Assembly (NCBI GenBank): GCA_963734535.1
Contig: CAVTHS010000007.1
Coordinates: 96,001-160,000 of the forward strand
DNA length: 64,000 nt
DNA from: an uncultured Chloroflexia bacterium
Lineage (GTDB): Bacteria; Chloroflexota; Limnocylindria; Limnocylindrales; CSP1-4
Direction: 5' to 3'
Made by a program: the position numbers and the translations under genes. Below the pieces are notes generated by a model. That model did not search any database. It worked only from the letters and a program-made list of their open reading frames with translations, and was not told where the DNA came from. Shown here one piece after another: positions 52,050 to 61,621 of the stretch. Position 1 is the stretch's first letter. Each line of letters begins with the position of its first letter.

Positions 52050-53417
52050 GTGGGGCGTGTGACCGCCGGGGCAGGCCCTGGATCAGCAGGCGGAGAAGCG
52101 TTCTCCGGTCGGGTCCTCGTCCTCTTCCTGACCCAGGTTCTTACCGCGACGCGCGTCGACACAGTCGTGCTCGCGTTCGCCGTCCTGAGCTTGGCCTCGC
52201 TCGTCGGTTGCTCACCCCTGCTCCCGACGGATCACGGCTCGGCACGGCCCGTCGCCCAGGCCCTGTTCGATGCGTCGACCCCGTCCGTGGCCACCTTCCC
52301 GGCCCCGACGCCGGTCACCACGCCGATCCCGTCCGTGGCCACCTTTCCGGCCCCGACGCCCACCCCACCAGCCATCGCCTCGCCGACGCCCACGCGCACG
52401 GCGCAACCATCGGCATCGCTCGTGACGAAGCCGAGATCCACGGCGTCGCCCCGGCCGGCCCCGGCGCCGTCGCCCCGGCCGGCCCCGGCGCCGACGCTGA
52501 CAATCCTCTCCATGCCTACCCAGCCGCCGACTCGCACTCCCGCGCCGACTCCCACCCCGACCGCGTTCTCCGGGACGGTCTACGTGTCGTCGATCCCGGC
52601 CCTGAAGAGCGCGCTCGCCGACAACTCGGTCGACGAGATCGTGGTTGCCAACGGGACGTATCACGTTAGCCCTTCGAATGAGTTCAGATCGGACTCGCTC
52701 TGGATCGGCAGCTCGGCCAGCGGCGGGATGCCCTTCGCCGAGCGGACCCGGCCGGTCACGGTGCGGGCCGCGACCATCGGTGGCGTCACGTTCGATGGCG
52801 GCGGCGGCAGCGCCTACGGCGGGCTCAGCTTCGAGGCTGGCGCCCACGACCAGACGTGGGACGGGTTCAAGTTCGCGAACATGGCGGCTGCCTCCACCGG
52901 GATCGTCGAGTTCGGCTCCTACACGTCGCGAGCGGCTCCCTACAACATCACGCTCCGCCACATCACGATCTTCAGCACGTGCACGGGACGGTCCACGACC
53001 GCCAACGGGAACACCCTGGACCACGCGTTCTACATGGGCCAGGCACTCTCCCCAGGCCCCCACGACCTGCTCTTCGAGGACATCACGGTGGATGGTCGGG
53101 GGGGGCTCGCCACCGCGTTCCACTTCTTTCATAGCAGCGCGGGGGCACCCAACGCGTCGAACGTGACTGTGCGGCGGCTTCACGTCACCGGGACCCAGAA
53201 CGCGATCATGCTGTGGGATTCCACCCTCCACGACGTCACCTTCGACTCGGTGGACATCACGGCCGCCCTGAGCTACGCCATCCGCTACGAGGCGGTCGGC
53301 TCGACGAGGATGATCCTCTCGAACATCACGTCGACGGCATCAGGCCGCGAGGGGTTCTACAGCAGCGAAGGCCCGGACCCGCCGGGCCTCACCATCTCGA
53401 ACGGCAGTCTCCACTGA
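52050..53417 (+). CDS. Putative lipoprotein with a Pro/Thr-rich stalk and a right-handed beta-helix-like domain
   Basis: Lipobox-like LVGC, PSVATFPAPTP x2 and SPRPAPAP x2, then beta-strand repeats (NITLRHITI, DLLFEDITV, NVTVRRLHV). Start is uncertain (52050-52167). Confidence 0.75.
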   Translation: MGRVTAGAGPGSAGGEAFSGRVLVLFLTQVLTATRVDTVVLAFAVLSLASLVGCSPLLPTDHGSARPVAQALFDASTPSVATFPAPTPVTTPIPSVATFPAPTPTPPAIASPTPTRTAQPSASLVTKPRSTASPRPAPAPSPRPAPAPTLTILSMPTQPPTRTPAPTPTPTAFSGTVYVSSIPALKSALADNSVDEIVVANGTYHVSPSNEFRSDSLWIGSSASGGMPFAERTRPVTVRAATIGGVTFDGGGGSAYGGLSFEAGAHDQTWDGFKFANMAAASTGIVEFGSYTSRAAPYNITLRHITIFSTCTGRSTTANGNTLDHAFYMGQALSPGPHDLLFEDITVDGRGGLATAFHFFHSSAGAPNASNVTVRRLHVTGTQNAIMLWDSTLHDVTFDSVDITAALSYAIRYEAVGSTRMILSNITSTASGREGFYSSEGPDPPGLTISNGSLH

Positions 53418-53583
53418 TGCCAGCCGGCGACATCCGGCGGCCGTGGGCGCCATTGCCCGGCGGCCCTGCAGGGCTATGCTGGCCGAGTTCGCACGTCGCC
53501 GTCCAGGCTGGAGCGGACCCGTTGCACTTGCGACGCACCGAGTCCCGCCATGCCGCTCGGCAGAGCTCTGTTGGAGGCCATTG

Positions 53584-54648
53584 TTGGACCAGCCGGCAGA
53601 CCAGCCGTCGATCTCGGTCGTCGTGCCGGCCGTCAACGAGGCGGCCACGATCGGGCGAGCGATCTCGCCGCTCCTGGCCGACCCGCTCGGCGCCGGGCTC
53701 GAGGTCATCGTGGCTGTCGGTCCGTCGACGGATCGAACCCGCGAGATCGTGGTCGGGATGGCGGAGCGCGATCCCCGCATCCACCTCGTCGACAACCCGG
53801 CACGGATCACCCCGGAGGGCCTCAACGCGGCGATCCGCGCCAGCCGCGGCCGCGTCATCCTCCGGATGGATGCTCACGCGGAGCCGGACCGCGGGTACGT
53901 TTCGGCCTGCATCGAGGCGCTCGAGACGAGCGGGGCGTGGAATGTCGGTGGGCGCATGCGGAAGATCGGTCTGACCGCCGCCGCCCGGGCGTCGGCCGCG
54001 GCCACCTCGAGTCCGTTTGGGATCGGTGGCGGCCGACGATTCCACCTCCTGATGAAGCCGGAGGATGTGGACACCGTATGGCTGGGTTGCTGGCCCCGCT
54101 GGGTCTTTGAGCGTGTGGGTCTGTTCGACCCGGAGATGGTCCAGGACCAGGATGATGAGCTCAACCAGCGGATCGTCGATGCCGGCGGTGTGATCCGCTT
54201 CGACCCGGCGATCTCTGCGACCTATATCAGTCGCGGATCCTGGCTTGGGCTCTGTCGCCAGTATTTCCGCTATGGCTTCTACAAGGTCCGCGGTTTCCAG
54301 AAGCGCCCGGGGTTGCTCCGACCCCGCCACCTGGCTCCCGCCGTGCTGGTCGCGGGCGCCGTCGGCACCCTCCTACTGGGGCTGCTCACGCCATGGGGAC
54401 TGCTCGCGTTTGGCCTTGAGGTCGCAGCGTGGCTTGCGGCGGCCGTCGTGTTCGGTCGGCGGGTCGCCGCCGCCCACGACGCTACCCTCCTCGGGGTGGT
54501 CGTCGCCTATGCGTGTCTCCATATTTCATACGGGATGGGAACCTGGGTCGGTCTCGTACGCTTCGGCCGGCGCTGGTTCACCGATCGCGCCGGATCCGTT
54601 CCGCGACTTGACGCCCTGGCCGATCGAGATCTGCGTGGCGCCGGATGA
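53584..54648 (+). CDS. GT2 family glycosyltransferase (ExoA-like)
   Basis: SVVVPAVNE, STDRT, RMDAH, QDDELN, QYFRYG; C-terminal TM segments; GGAGG RBS. Confidence 0.9.
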   Translation: MDQPADQPSISVVVPAVNEAATIGRAISPLLADPLGAGLEVIVAVGPSTDRTREIVVGMAERDPRIHLVDNPARITPEGLNAAIRASRGRVILRMDAHAEPDRGYVSACIEALETSGAWNVGGRMRKIGLTAAARASAAATSSPFGIGGGRRFHLLMKPEDVDTVWLGCWPRWVFERVGLFDPEMVQDQDDELNQRIVDAGGVIRFDPAISATYISRGSWLGLCRQYFRYGFYKVRGFQKRPGLLRPRHLAPAVLVAGAVGTLLLGLLTPWGLLAFGLEVAAWLAAAVVFGRRVAAAHDATLLGVVVAYACLHISYGMGTWVGLVRFGRRWFTDRAGSVPRLDALADRDLRGAG

Positions 54649-54807
54649 CGGTACGCGCGCGAGGCGGCCCGGGATACGCGATTCCGGTCACGTATGCTGC
54701 ACCGCGTGTCCACATACGCGTGTTGCGGGTGACGCCACCCGATCGGGGCCGCAGGTGACGCGGGCGAGGGACCGCATCGGCCGCACCCCTGCGGGTCGCG
54801 CCGGGCC

Positions 54808-56256
54808 GTGCTGACCCCCGCTCGACGGATCGGGGAGCTGCTCGGGATCGGCGAGCGGTCGTCGATGCTCGTCGCCGTCGCCGGGCTCGCGGCGGTCGGG
54901 GTCAGCGTTGCCCTGTCGACCCGGATGAACCTGCTGGTGCAGGTCGTCGGGATCGTCGTCGCCCTGCTCGCGCTGCTCATCAGCCTCCGCTGGCCGCTGT
55001 TGCCCCTCTTCATCCTCGCGTTCCTGATCCCGATCGAGGACGCGTTCGTGCTGGGAGGGCTGGGCACGATCAGTCGCATCGCGGAGCTCCTGCTCATCGT
55101 TTCGTACGGCCTGCCGCGACTGGGGCGACTGACGATGACGGCGATGCCCCTGGCGGGTTGGGCCTACATGGGCTGGGCGGCCCTGAGCGTGGGATGGGCC
55201 ATCGATCCGTCCGTCACGCTGCAGGAGCTGCCCACCCTCGGGCTGCTCTTCGCGACCGCGGTCGTGGTTGCCTCCGCCGTCGTCGACCGGCCGTCGATCG
55301 TCCGCCCGGTGCTCTGGGTCTACGCGCTGTCGGCCGCCGTGACGGCCACGATCGGCATCGCCGGTTACCTCCGGGGCGGGATCGGCGCCGCGGACCGGGT
55401 CGCCGCGTTGGCCGGCCAGGACGCCAACTACTTCGCGGCGTTCCTCCTGCCGGCGATTGTCTTCACCTTCTACGAGCTCCTGCATGGACGGCGGGTGGCC
55501 CTCGCGGCGGTCGTCGTCGTGGTCTGCGCATTCGGAATCATCCTGTCGGGGTCGCGCGGCGCGTGGCTGAGCGCCTCCGTAGTCGCCGTCCTGTACCTCC
55601 TGCCTCGGCTCCGGCCCGCACGCCGGGTCGTCGCGCTCGCCCTCATGGCGGGCGTGCTCGCCCTCGCGCTCCAGCTGCCCGGCGTTGCGGCCTTCGTCGC
55701 CGCGCGGAGCGACATCGCGCTCTCCTCGGGGGGTGCCGGGCGGACGGACATCTGGTCGGTTGGCCTGCTGATCTACGGTTCCGCCCCCGTCACCGGGGTC
55801 GGGCTCGCGAACTTCCCTGTCGCGTTCACGCCCGCACGAATGCGAGAGGCGAATGTCACGATCGCTCCGTATCGGCCCGCCAACCGGGCGGCGCACAACA
55901 TCGTGATCGGAACGCTCGGTGAGCTCGGCACCATCGGCCTGGTCATCCTCGTCCTGTTCGTGGTCCCGCTCCTCCTTCGGACCGGCTGGGGCCCCGACGC
56001 CGCCGCGGTGCAGGCCGCGCTCGCCTCGCTCGCCACGATGGCGCTGTTCATCGACCTGTACAACCGCAAGCAGGTCTGGCTGATCCTCGGCATCGCGGGC
56101 GGACTGGCCTATCTGGCCCGCCGAACGTCGACCGGCGTGACGACCGGCGGGCAGGCCGGCATCGCCCGTCCCGGGAATCGTGGCGACCCTGAACCCGGTA
56201 TCACGGCCCCTATCGCCGGCCGGCGGCCTGCGCTTGGAAGGGGCCGGATCACGTGA
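54808..56256 (+). CDS. O-antigen ligase / Wzy-like membrane protein
   Basis: Many TM segments; DANYFA, SGSRGAW, GRTDIW...P..GVG..NF, AHN...ELG. Confidence 0.88.
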   Translation: MLTPARRIGELLGIGERSSMLVAVAGLAAVGVSVALSTRMNLLVQVVGIVVALLALLISLRWPLLPLFILAFLIPIEDAFVLGGLGTISRIAELLLIVSYGLPRLGRLTMTAMPLAGWAYMGWAALSVGWAIDPSVTLQELPTLGLLFATAVVVASAVVDRPSIVRPVLWVYALSAAVTATIGIAGYLRGGIGAADRVAALAGQDANYFAAFLLPAIVFTFYELLHGRRVALAAVVVVVCAFGIILSGSRGAWLSASVVAVLYLLPRLRPARRVVALALMAGVLALALQLPGVAAFVAARSDIALSSGGAGRTDIWSVGLLIYGSAPVTGVGLANFPVAFTPARMREANVTIAPYRPANRAAHNIVIGTLGELGTIGLVILVLFVVPLLLRTGWGPDAAAVQAALASLATMALFIDLYNRKQVWLILGIAGGLAYLARRTSTGVTTGGQAGIARPGNRGDPEPGITAPIAGRRPALGRGRIT

Positions 56257-56374
56257 GCGGCCACGGCGAGGCGCGCGTGTCGAGAGGGTTCGGCGGCGTC
56301 TCGTTGCGTGCCGGGCGGATCGGGTCCGGGAGGTCGCTAGCCCGAGCCGGCAGCCGCTGGAGCGGAACGGGCGC

Positions 56375-57316
56375 GTGACCGGGACGCTGCTCCCGTCCGG
56401 TCCGCGGCGGACAACCCGGTCGATCGTGACGGGAGGGGCCGGCTTCCTCGGCAGCCACCTCGTCGACCGGCTCCTGGCGGAGGGCCACGAGGTCCTGGTC
56501 GTCGACGATCTGTCGAGCGGCCGGGCCGAGAACATCCAGTCCGATGCCCGGTTGGAGCAGCTCGACATCGCCACCGACGGTCTGGCGCGCGTCTTCCGCG
56601 AATGGCGCTCGGGCGTCGTCTTCCACCTTGCTGCGCAGGCGAGCGTTCCGGTCTCGAGCCGGATCCCTCTCCGCGATCTGGCGGTGAACGTCGTCGGGAC
56701 GCACCGGGTCGTCGCCGCGGCTCGCGAGTCCGGCGTGGGCCGGCTCGTGTTCGTGTCGTCCGGGGGCGCCGTCTACGGCGAGACGAAGCGCGCTGCGACC
56801 GAGCGGACGTGTCCCGCGCCCCGCTCGTACTACGGCGTCCACAAGCTGGCCGGCGAGGGCCACGTCGCGCTCGCCGGCATCCCCTACGCGATCGCCCGGC
56901 CGTCGAACATCTATGGTCCGCGCCAGGCGGCGGGCCTCGAGGGAGCCGTCGTGGCTGCCTTCATCGCGCAGGCCCTTCGCGACGGGACGCTGCAGATTCA
57001 CGGGAGCGGCTCGCAGACCCGAGACTTCATCCACGTGGCCGACGTGGTCGAGGCGCTCTGGCGACTGGGCCGACCCGAGGCGCAGAGTGGTACCTGGAAC
57101 GTGGCGGCGGGCCGTCGCGTCACGATCTCGGGCCTGGCGAATACCGTGGAGCGCGCTGTCGGGCGACCGCTGGACCGGGCTCATGGGCCCCGCCGTGCCG
57201 GCGACGTCACGGACTCCGCGATCTCGGCCGTGCGTCTCCAAGGCCTCGGATGGCGGCCGTCCATCGGCCTGTCGGCCGGCGTGACGTCGCTCGTGCGGGC
57301 AGCGCGGGGCCGCTAG
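56375..57316 (+). CDS. NAD-dependent epimerase/dehydratase (GalE-like)
   Basis: TGGAGFLGS, HLAAQ, SSGGAVYG, YGVHK, NIYGPRQ, TRDFIHV. Confidence 0.92.
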   Translation: MTGTLLPSGPRRTTRSIVTGGAGFLGSHLVDRLLAEGHEVLVVDDLSSGRAENIQSDARLEQLDIATDGLARVFREWRSGVVFHLAAQASVPVSSRIPLRDLAVNVVGTHRVVAAARESGVGRLVFVSSGGAVYGETKRAATERTCPAPRSYYGVHKLAGEGHVALAGIPYAIARPSNIYGPRQAAGLEGAVVAAFIAQALRDGTLQIHGSGSQTRDFIHVADVVEALWRLGRPEAQSGTWNVAAGRRVTISGLANTVERAVGRPLDRAHGPRRAGDVTDSAISAVRLQGLGWRPSIGLSAGVTSLVRAARGR

Positions 57317-57946
57317 CGCGGTGACGCGGGACCGAGGACCCGGGCGGGATTCCCGGCCGCGAACATGTTCGGTGGCAAGTCCTGCGTTACCACCGCTCCA
57401 GCCCCGATGACCGCGCCACACCCGATCGTGACGCCGTGAAGGATGATGGCGCGGCATTCGATCCAGACGTGGTCCTCGATCCGGATCGGCCCCCTGCTCT
57501 TCGCGTGGTAGTTGTTCTCCAGGATGTTCACGTTCCAGGAGATCAGGACCCGGTCGCCGATCTCGACCGAGTGGCATGCGTGGATCTCCGTTCGGTCGCC
57601 CCACTATTGAGTGGCGTCCAATACGAACGAATGCGGTCGCTTCGGGTGTTCGCAAATGGAGATCTTGACGCGAGACCAGAGGTGGGCGCGTCCTCCGATG
57701 CGGAACATCCGGCTGGATAACGTGCCACGCCTTGGTTAGGCTTTCGGCGTTGTTCGAACCGGGATGACGTTGTGAGACGGCCCGTTCGCCGTGATCGCCG
57801 GACCGTTGGCCACAGGATGCCCATCGGCGATTCCCCAGCGAGTGTTGCCCGCAGGGCGTCGTTCGCGGCGATGTCTGCCTCGTGCGCAAACGGCCCAGCA
57901 GCCGACTGGGATTCGGTTTCAAGAGCCGTGGCCACCCGACGGGCAT
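57313..57946 (-). pseudogene. Hexapeptide-repeat (LbH) O-acetyltransferase, frameshifted
   Basis: C-terminus VEIGDRVLIS...IEDHVWI...GVTIG.GAVIGAGAVV...GNPAR; upstream part is broken by frameshifts near 57600-57650. The 5' limit is approximate. Confidence 0.7.
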
Positions 57947-58128
57947 CGTCGTCCGGCGATGCGGCGATGCGGCGAGAGCCTCCCGTTCGATGTGCGCCGA
58001 ATGCCCACACCGAGCCTCGAGAGGCTCTCGAACTTGCGATCTGTAGTCTAGTCGGGACTGGGCCTTGCCAAGGCTGTCGCCAGGAATGTCACGCCGGCCG
58101 GGCGGTTCCCAGCGAATGCCGACGTCGC

Positions 58129-59979
58129 CTACCAGGAATTGCCCCCGCCATCGGTCAACGCCAGGTCGGTCCAGTAGCCACGGCCGGGCGTCGTGGTGCC
58201 GGAGTTCACCGCGTGGACGTTCTTGACGGTACCGGCCGCCGTCTCTACGGCGTCAAATGTCACGTTGCAGCCGTTGATGGTCCAGCCATCGATGTCGACG
58301 GCCGTCGCGTCGGCATCGATGTAGCCGGCCCGGTTGCAGCCGCTTGCGTTCCACCCGTGGAGCTGGAGACCGTCAACGGATGGGCTGTGGAAGGTCTGGA
58401 CAGCGTTGACGAGATGGGTGAGCTGCAGGTCCCAGCCGTTCGCCACGATATCCGAGGATCGATGCGTGTCATCAGAGCTCACGTACAGCGCGTGGCTCGT
58501 GCTGCCGCCGGCAGCGCCCGTGATATTGCGGACGATCAGGCCGTTGACCGCGACATGGTGCACCCAGCCCGTATAGACGAGACCCGTCGCCCCAAGGGTG
58601 TACCCGGTCGCTGTGAAACTGCCACCGGTGCCGGCCGCGTCGAATGTGATCGCGGCTGTCGCGAAGGTCGGGTAGCCCGGGAGGCCGACGTTGGCACCGA
58701 GGTAGAGGAGGCCCTTCCCGCTACTGTCGCCTTGGAACACCACCGCGGCACCCGGCGCAGGACGGATCAGGAGCGGGCGCGCCGTACGGTCGAGCCGGAC
58801 ATACAGATGCCAGCCCGAGTGTGTACCAGGGGCCATCTCGATGACATCGACAGACATGTCCGCCATCAGTGCTAGGAACTGCGTCGCGGTCCCGGACGCC
58901 GGGAACGTCACGACAGACAAGCCTGGAACCGGGGCAGGCGTGGTCGGCGTCGGCGTGGGCGCCGTGGTCTGCGTCGGCGTGGGCGCCGTGGTTGGCGTCG
59001 GCGTGGGCGCCGTGGTTGGCGTCGGCGTGGGCGCCGTGGTCGGCGTGGGCGCCGTGGTTGGCGTCGGCGTGGGCGCCGTGGTCGGCGTGGCGACCGGCGT
59101 GGCGACCGGCGTGGCGGCCGGCGTGGCGACCGGCGTGGCGACCGGCGTGGCGACCGGCGTGGCGACCGGCGTGGCGGCCGGCGTGGCGGCCGGCGTGGCG
59201 ACCGGCGTGGCGGCCGGCGTGGCGACCGGCGTGGCGACCGGCGTGGCGGCCGGCGTGGCGGCCGGCGTCGGCGCACTGCTCAGGCTGACGACGTCAAAGA
59301 GCGTGTAGGTCGGATCGGTCGCCCAGTTGTCGTCATGGTTGGTCAGCGTGAGGGTGACGGCGTGGCCGGCGGACCGGGCAAGGTTCGCGCTTGCCTGTGC
59401 CCACGTGCCCGTGTTCGTGCAGGTGCGGGGGAGCACGGTCGTTGTGGACCTGGTGACGGTGTCACGCACGGTCGCCGTCGCCCAGTCGTAGGCAACGGTG
59501 TCGGGGCAGGCGATGGAGTACCAGAAGCTGAGCGTGCCGCCCGAGGCGGGGACGGTGAAGGTCTGGCTGATCGAGCTATCGCCGTTCGTGACGGCGGTTG
59601 AGCCGCCCCGCCCTGCGCTGAGGCCTGCCTGGACGGGACTCGCCGTGATCGCGGTGGTCCCCGTGCGACTCCAGCCCCTGAAGTCGCCGGTTTCGAAGCT
59701 GCCATTCACGAGACCACCCCCGGGCGTGGGTGTCGCATTTGGCGTCGGCGCGGGTCGTCGGTAGGAGAGTAGCTCGCCAACGGCGCCGTTCGATCCGGCG
59801 ATGCGTCCGTTGACGGAATTATTCGAGGCATTGGTCGCGGCGAACGGAACCAGGAGGGCGCTGATACCGAGGATCATGACGCCGGTCGACAGCCAGTCCC
59901 GAATCCGGCGACGGCGCCGTGGCGCGGGTGACGGCGTAGGCGCTCGCTCGTCGACCCAGCGTGTTCCATCCCAAAACAT
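58129..59979 (-). CDS. Secreted/surface protein: FWDG..W motif, TM/signal, CBM-like beta-sandwich, long Pro/Thr stalk, beta-helix-like domain
   Basis: 616 aa ORF; LVNGSFETGDFRGW, TLSFWY, (A/V)ATP repeats; GGAG RBS 7 nt before the ATG. Confidence 0.8.
   Translation of the reverse strand: MFWDGTRWVDERAPTPSPAPRRRRRIRDWLSTGVMILGISALLVPFAATNASNNSVNGRIAGSNGAVGELLSYRRPAPTPNATPTPGGGLVNGSFETGDFRGWSRTGTTAITASPVQAGLSAGRGGSTAVTNGDSSISQTFTVPASGGTLSFWYSIACPDTVAYDWATATVRDTVTRSTTTVLPRTCTNTGTWAQASANLARSAGHAVTLTLTNHDDNWATDPTYTLFDVVSLSSAPTPAATPAATPVATPVATPAATPVATPAATPAATPVATPVATPVATPVATPAATPVATPVATPTTAPTPTPTTAPTPTTAPTPTPTTAPTPTPTTAPTPTQTTAPTPTPTTPAPVPGLSVVTFPASGTATQFLALMADMSVDVIEMAPGTHSGWHLYVRLDRTARPLLIRPAPGAAVVFQGDSSGKGLLYLGANVGLPGYPTFATAAITFDAAGTGGSFTATGYTLGATGLVYTGWVHHVAVNGLIVRNITGAAGGSTSHALYVSSDDTHRSSDIVANGWDLQLTHLVNAVQTFHSPSVDGLQLHGWNASGCNRAGYIDADATAVDIDGWTINGCNVTFDAVETAAGTVKNVHAVNSGTTTPGRGYWTDLALTDGGGNSW
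58939..59270 (-). repeat. Coding tandem repeats (12 bp xATP units and 18-24 bp PTTAPT units)
   Basis: About 15 copies of GGCG(A/G)CCGGCGT plus several GGCGTGGGCGCCGTGGT-based units. Confidence 0.92.
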
Positions 59980-59987
59980 AGAGCGGC

Positions 59988-60067
59988 TCCATTCGGCAAC
60001 CCGGCTGACTCTTGGAGTCCCGTGGCTTTGCGGCCCCGCCTCGCGACGGGTGTGCTATTTCGTGGGC
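59988..60067 (-). ncRNA. c-di-GMP-I (GEMM-I) family riboswitch, A20 variant (candidate 3',3'-cGAMP sensor)
   Basis: Minus strand reads CCCACGAAAU-A-GC-ACA-CCCGUC-GCGA-GGCGGG-GCC-GC-AAAGCCACGG-GACUC-CAA-GAGUC-AGCCGGGUUGCCGAAUGG: GNRA-capped P2, GCAAAG junction, P3, GCCGA end. Confidence 0.87.
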
Positions 60068-60257
60068 CGGCCGGATCAGTGCAGCCAGCCACGCGTCCCG
60101 TGGTTGGACGTATGTCAGGAGAGTAGGAGTCGACGATCCGACGGGCTATCGGCAATTGGTACCGCCCGGGCGGCGAAGGGGCTAGTTGTAGCAAGGCCGG
60201 GGCTGTCGCGGGATATCCCCGCTTGTTCGCGGGATCTCCCGCCGGGCGGCGATCGCC

Positions 60258-61559
60258 CTACCCCTGGCCGGTGCTCGCGAAGTTCCGCAGGTAGGTCACG
60301 TTGTCCCAGCAGTTGACGGCCATGCCATCCGCCCAGGTCCGCAGCGTACGCCGAAGGTCCTGGCCCGCCCGCAGGTGGTCCAGCAGCGACTTCGTGATGT
60401 CCTCGCTGCTGCTTGCCAGGGCGAAGGCGTCGAACTCGGTCGTCGGCAGGCCGGCGGCCAGCATCAGCGATCCCATCTTGCCCTGCTTGGCGCTCAGGGC
60501 GACGACGGGCGCGCCGCCCCGCAGGGCGAAGATGGCCGTGTGCCACCGGCCGCCGATGTACGCGTCGGCGTTCCCGAGGAGGTCGACTCCCTGCTGGACC
60601 GGGGTGGTGGGCGCGACCAAGGGGAGATCGAGCTCTCGTGCCAGCGGCCGAAAGACCTCGAGCTCCTGCAAGCCGGAGAGCGTGAGGACGATCTGCCCGT
60701 CGTACACCGACCGCAGCTTCCGCACGAGCGCCGCGTAGTCCCTGGCGATCGCCGTGGGGCGCCAGGCCGTGCTGTGGAGCGACGATCCGCCGAGGCACAG
60801 GTATGGCTCCGAAGGGTCGAACGTCGCCGTGTCGGGCCACACGTCGAAGTAGGTCGGCCGTCGCGCGATGGCAGCCCACGTCTCCCGGGGCGCCGGCTCG
60901 AACCAGAAGGCGGTGTCGGCAGCGAAGCGTCCGTTGCAGAGCGTGGCACATTGTTCCGCCGACACGGGGTCACGAAAGACCACGTCATCGAAGAGCGGGT
61001 AGACGTTCTCGGCCATCCGGCGGAGCTCCGGATGGGCGAAGTCGGCGCTGTGGTTGACCATGATCACCGGCGTGCCGAGACTGCGCTTCGCCAGGTATGC
61101 CAGGAACAGGTCCGTCCTGGGGATGATCCCGTTGCCGACCATGGCCCCGTCGCCGTGGATGACCGCCACGTCGGCAGCCCGGATCGCGCCCACCAGGGAG
61201 GGCCAGGTTCCCGTCCTGGCCTCCAGCACGGCCTTGGCCGCGCCAGGGAAACCCTCCCAGCGCTCCGGTATCACGCGGTTGGCCGCCGTGAGATCGACTC
61301 CCTTGAACATCCTGCGCCTCGCGGCGAGGATGAAGGGCGGTATCAGGGCTCTCACAGCTTCCCGGACTCTGTTTCTCGGGGGATCCTCGAGGTGGGCGAA
61401 ATGCCCACCGAAGGAAGACAGGGCGAGGTCGTCCTCCGAGACACTTCGGACGATCCGGCCGCCTGATGCCGCGACCATCGACTTGAGGGAGATCGCCGCG
61501 GCCCTATCTCCCCAGTTCGCGTTCGTGGTCGAGTCGTTGATGAAGAGGACTTTCAACAA
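60258..61559 (-). CDS. Polysaccharide pyruvyl transferase family protein
   Basis: NWGDRA, FRDPVS, AADTAF, IGGRWHTAIFAL..GAP. Confidence 0.85.
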   Translation of the reverse strand: MLKVLFINDSTTNANWGDRAAAISLKSMVAASGGRIVRSVSEDDLALSSFGGHFAHLEDPPRNRVREAVRALIPPFILAARRRMFKGVDLTAANRVIPERWEGFPGAAKAVLEARTGTWPSLVGAIRAADVAVIHGDGAMVGNGIIPRTDLFLAYLAKRSLGTPVIMVNHSADFAHPELRRMAENVYPLFDDVVFRDPVSAEQCATLCNGRFAADTAFWFEPAPRETWAAIARRPTYFDVWPDTATFDPSEPYLCLGGSSLHSTAWRPTAIARDYAALVRKLRSVYDGQIVLTLSGLQELEVFRPLARELDLPLVAPTTPVQQGVDLLGNADAYIGGRWHTAIFALRGGAPVVALSAKQGKMGSLMLAAGLPTTEFDAFALASSSEDITKSLLDHLRAGQDLRRTLRTWADGMAVNCWDNVTYLRNFASTGQG

Positions 61560-61621
61560 GGGCTCCGATCGCCACTCGCTCGCTCAGGTACACATACGGT
61601 CCGCGTCTCGCATCGTAGTCT

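Noticed and set aside
58841-59308. WRPA-repeat, VATG-repeat and RRSP-repeat ORFs
   Set aside because: Alternative frames of the Pro/Thr stalk repeat in the 616 aa gene.
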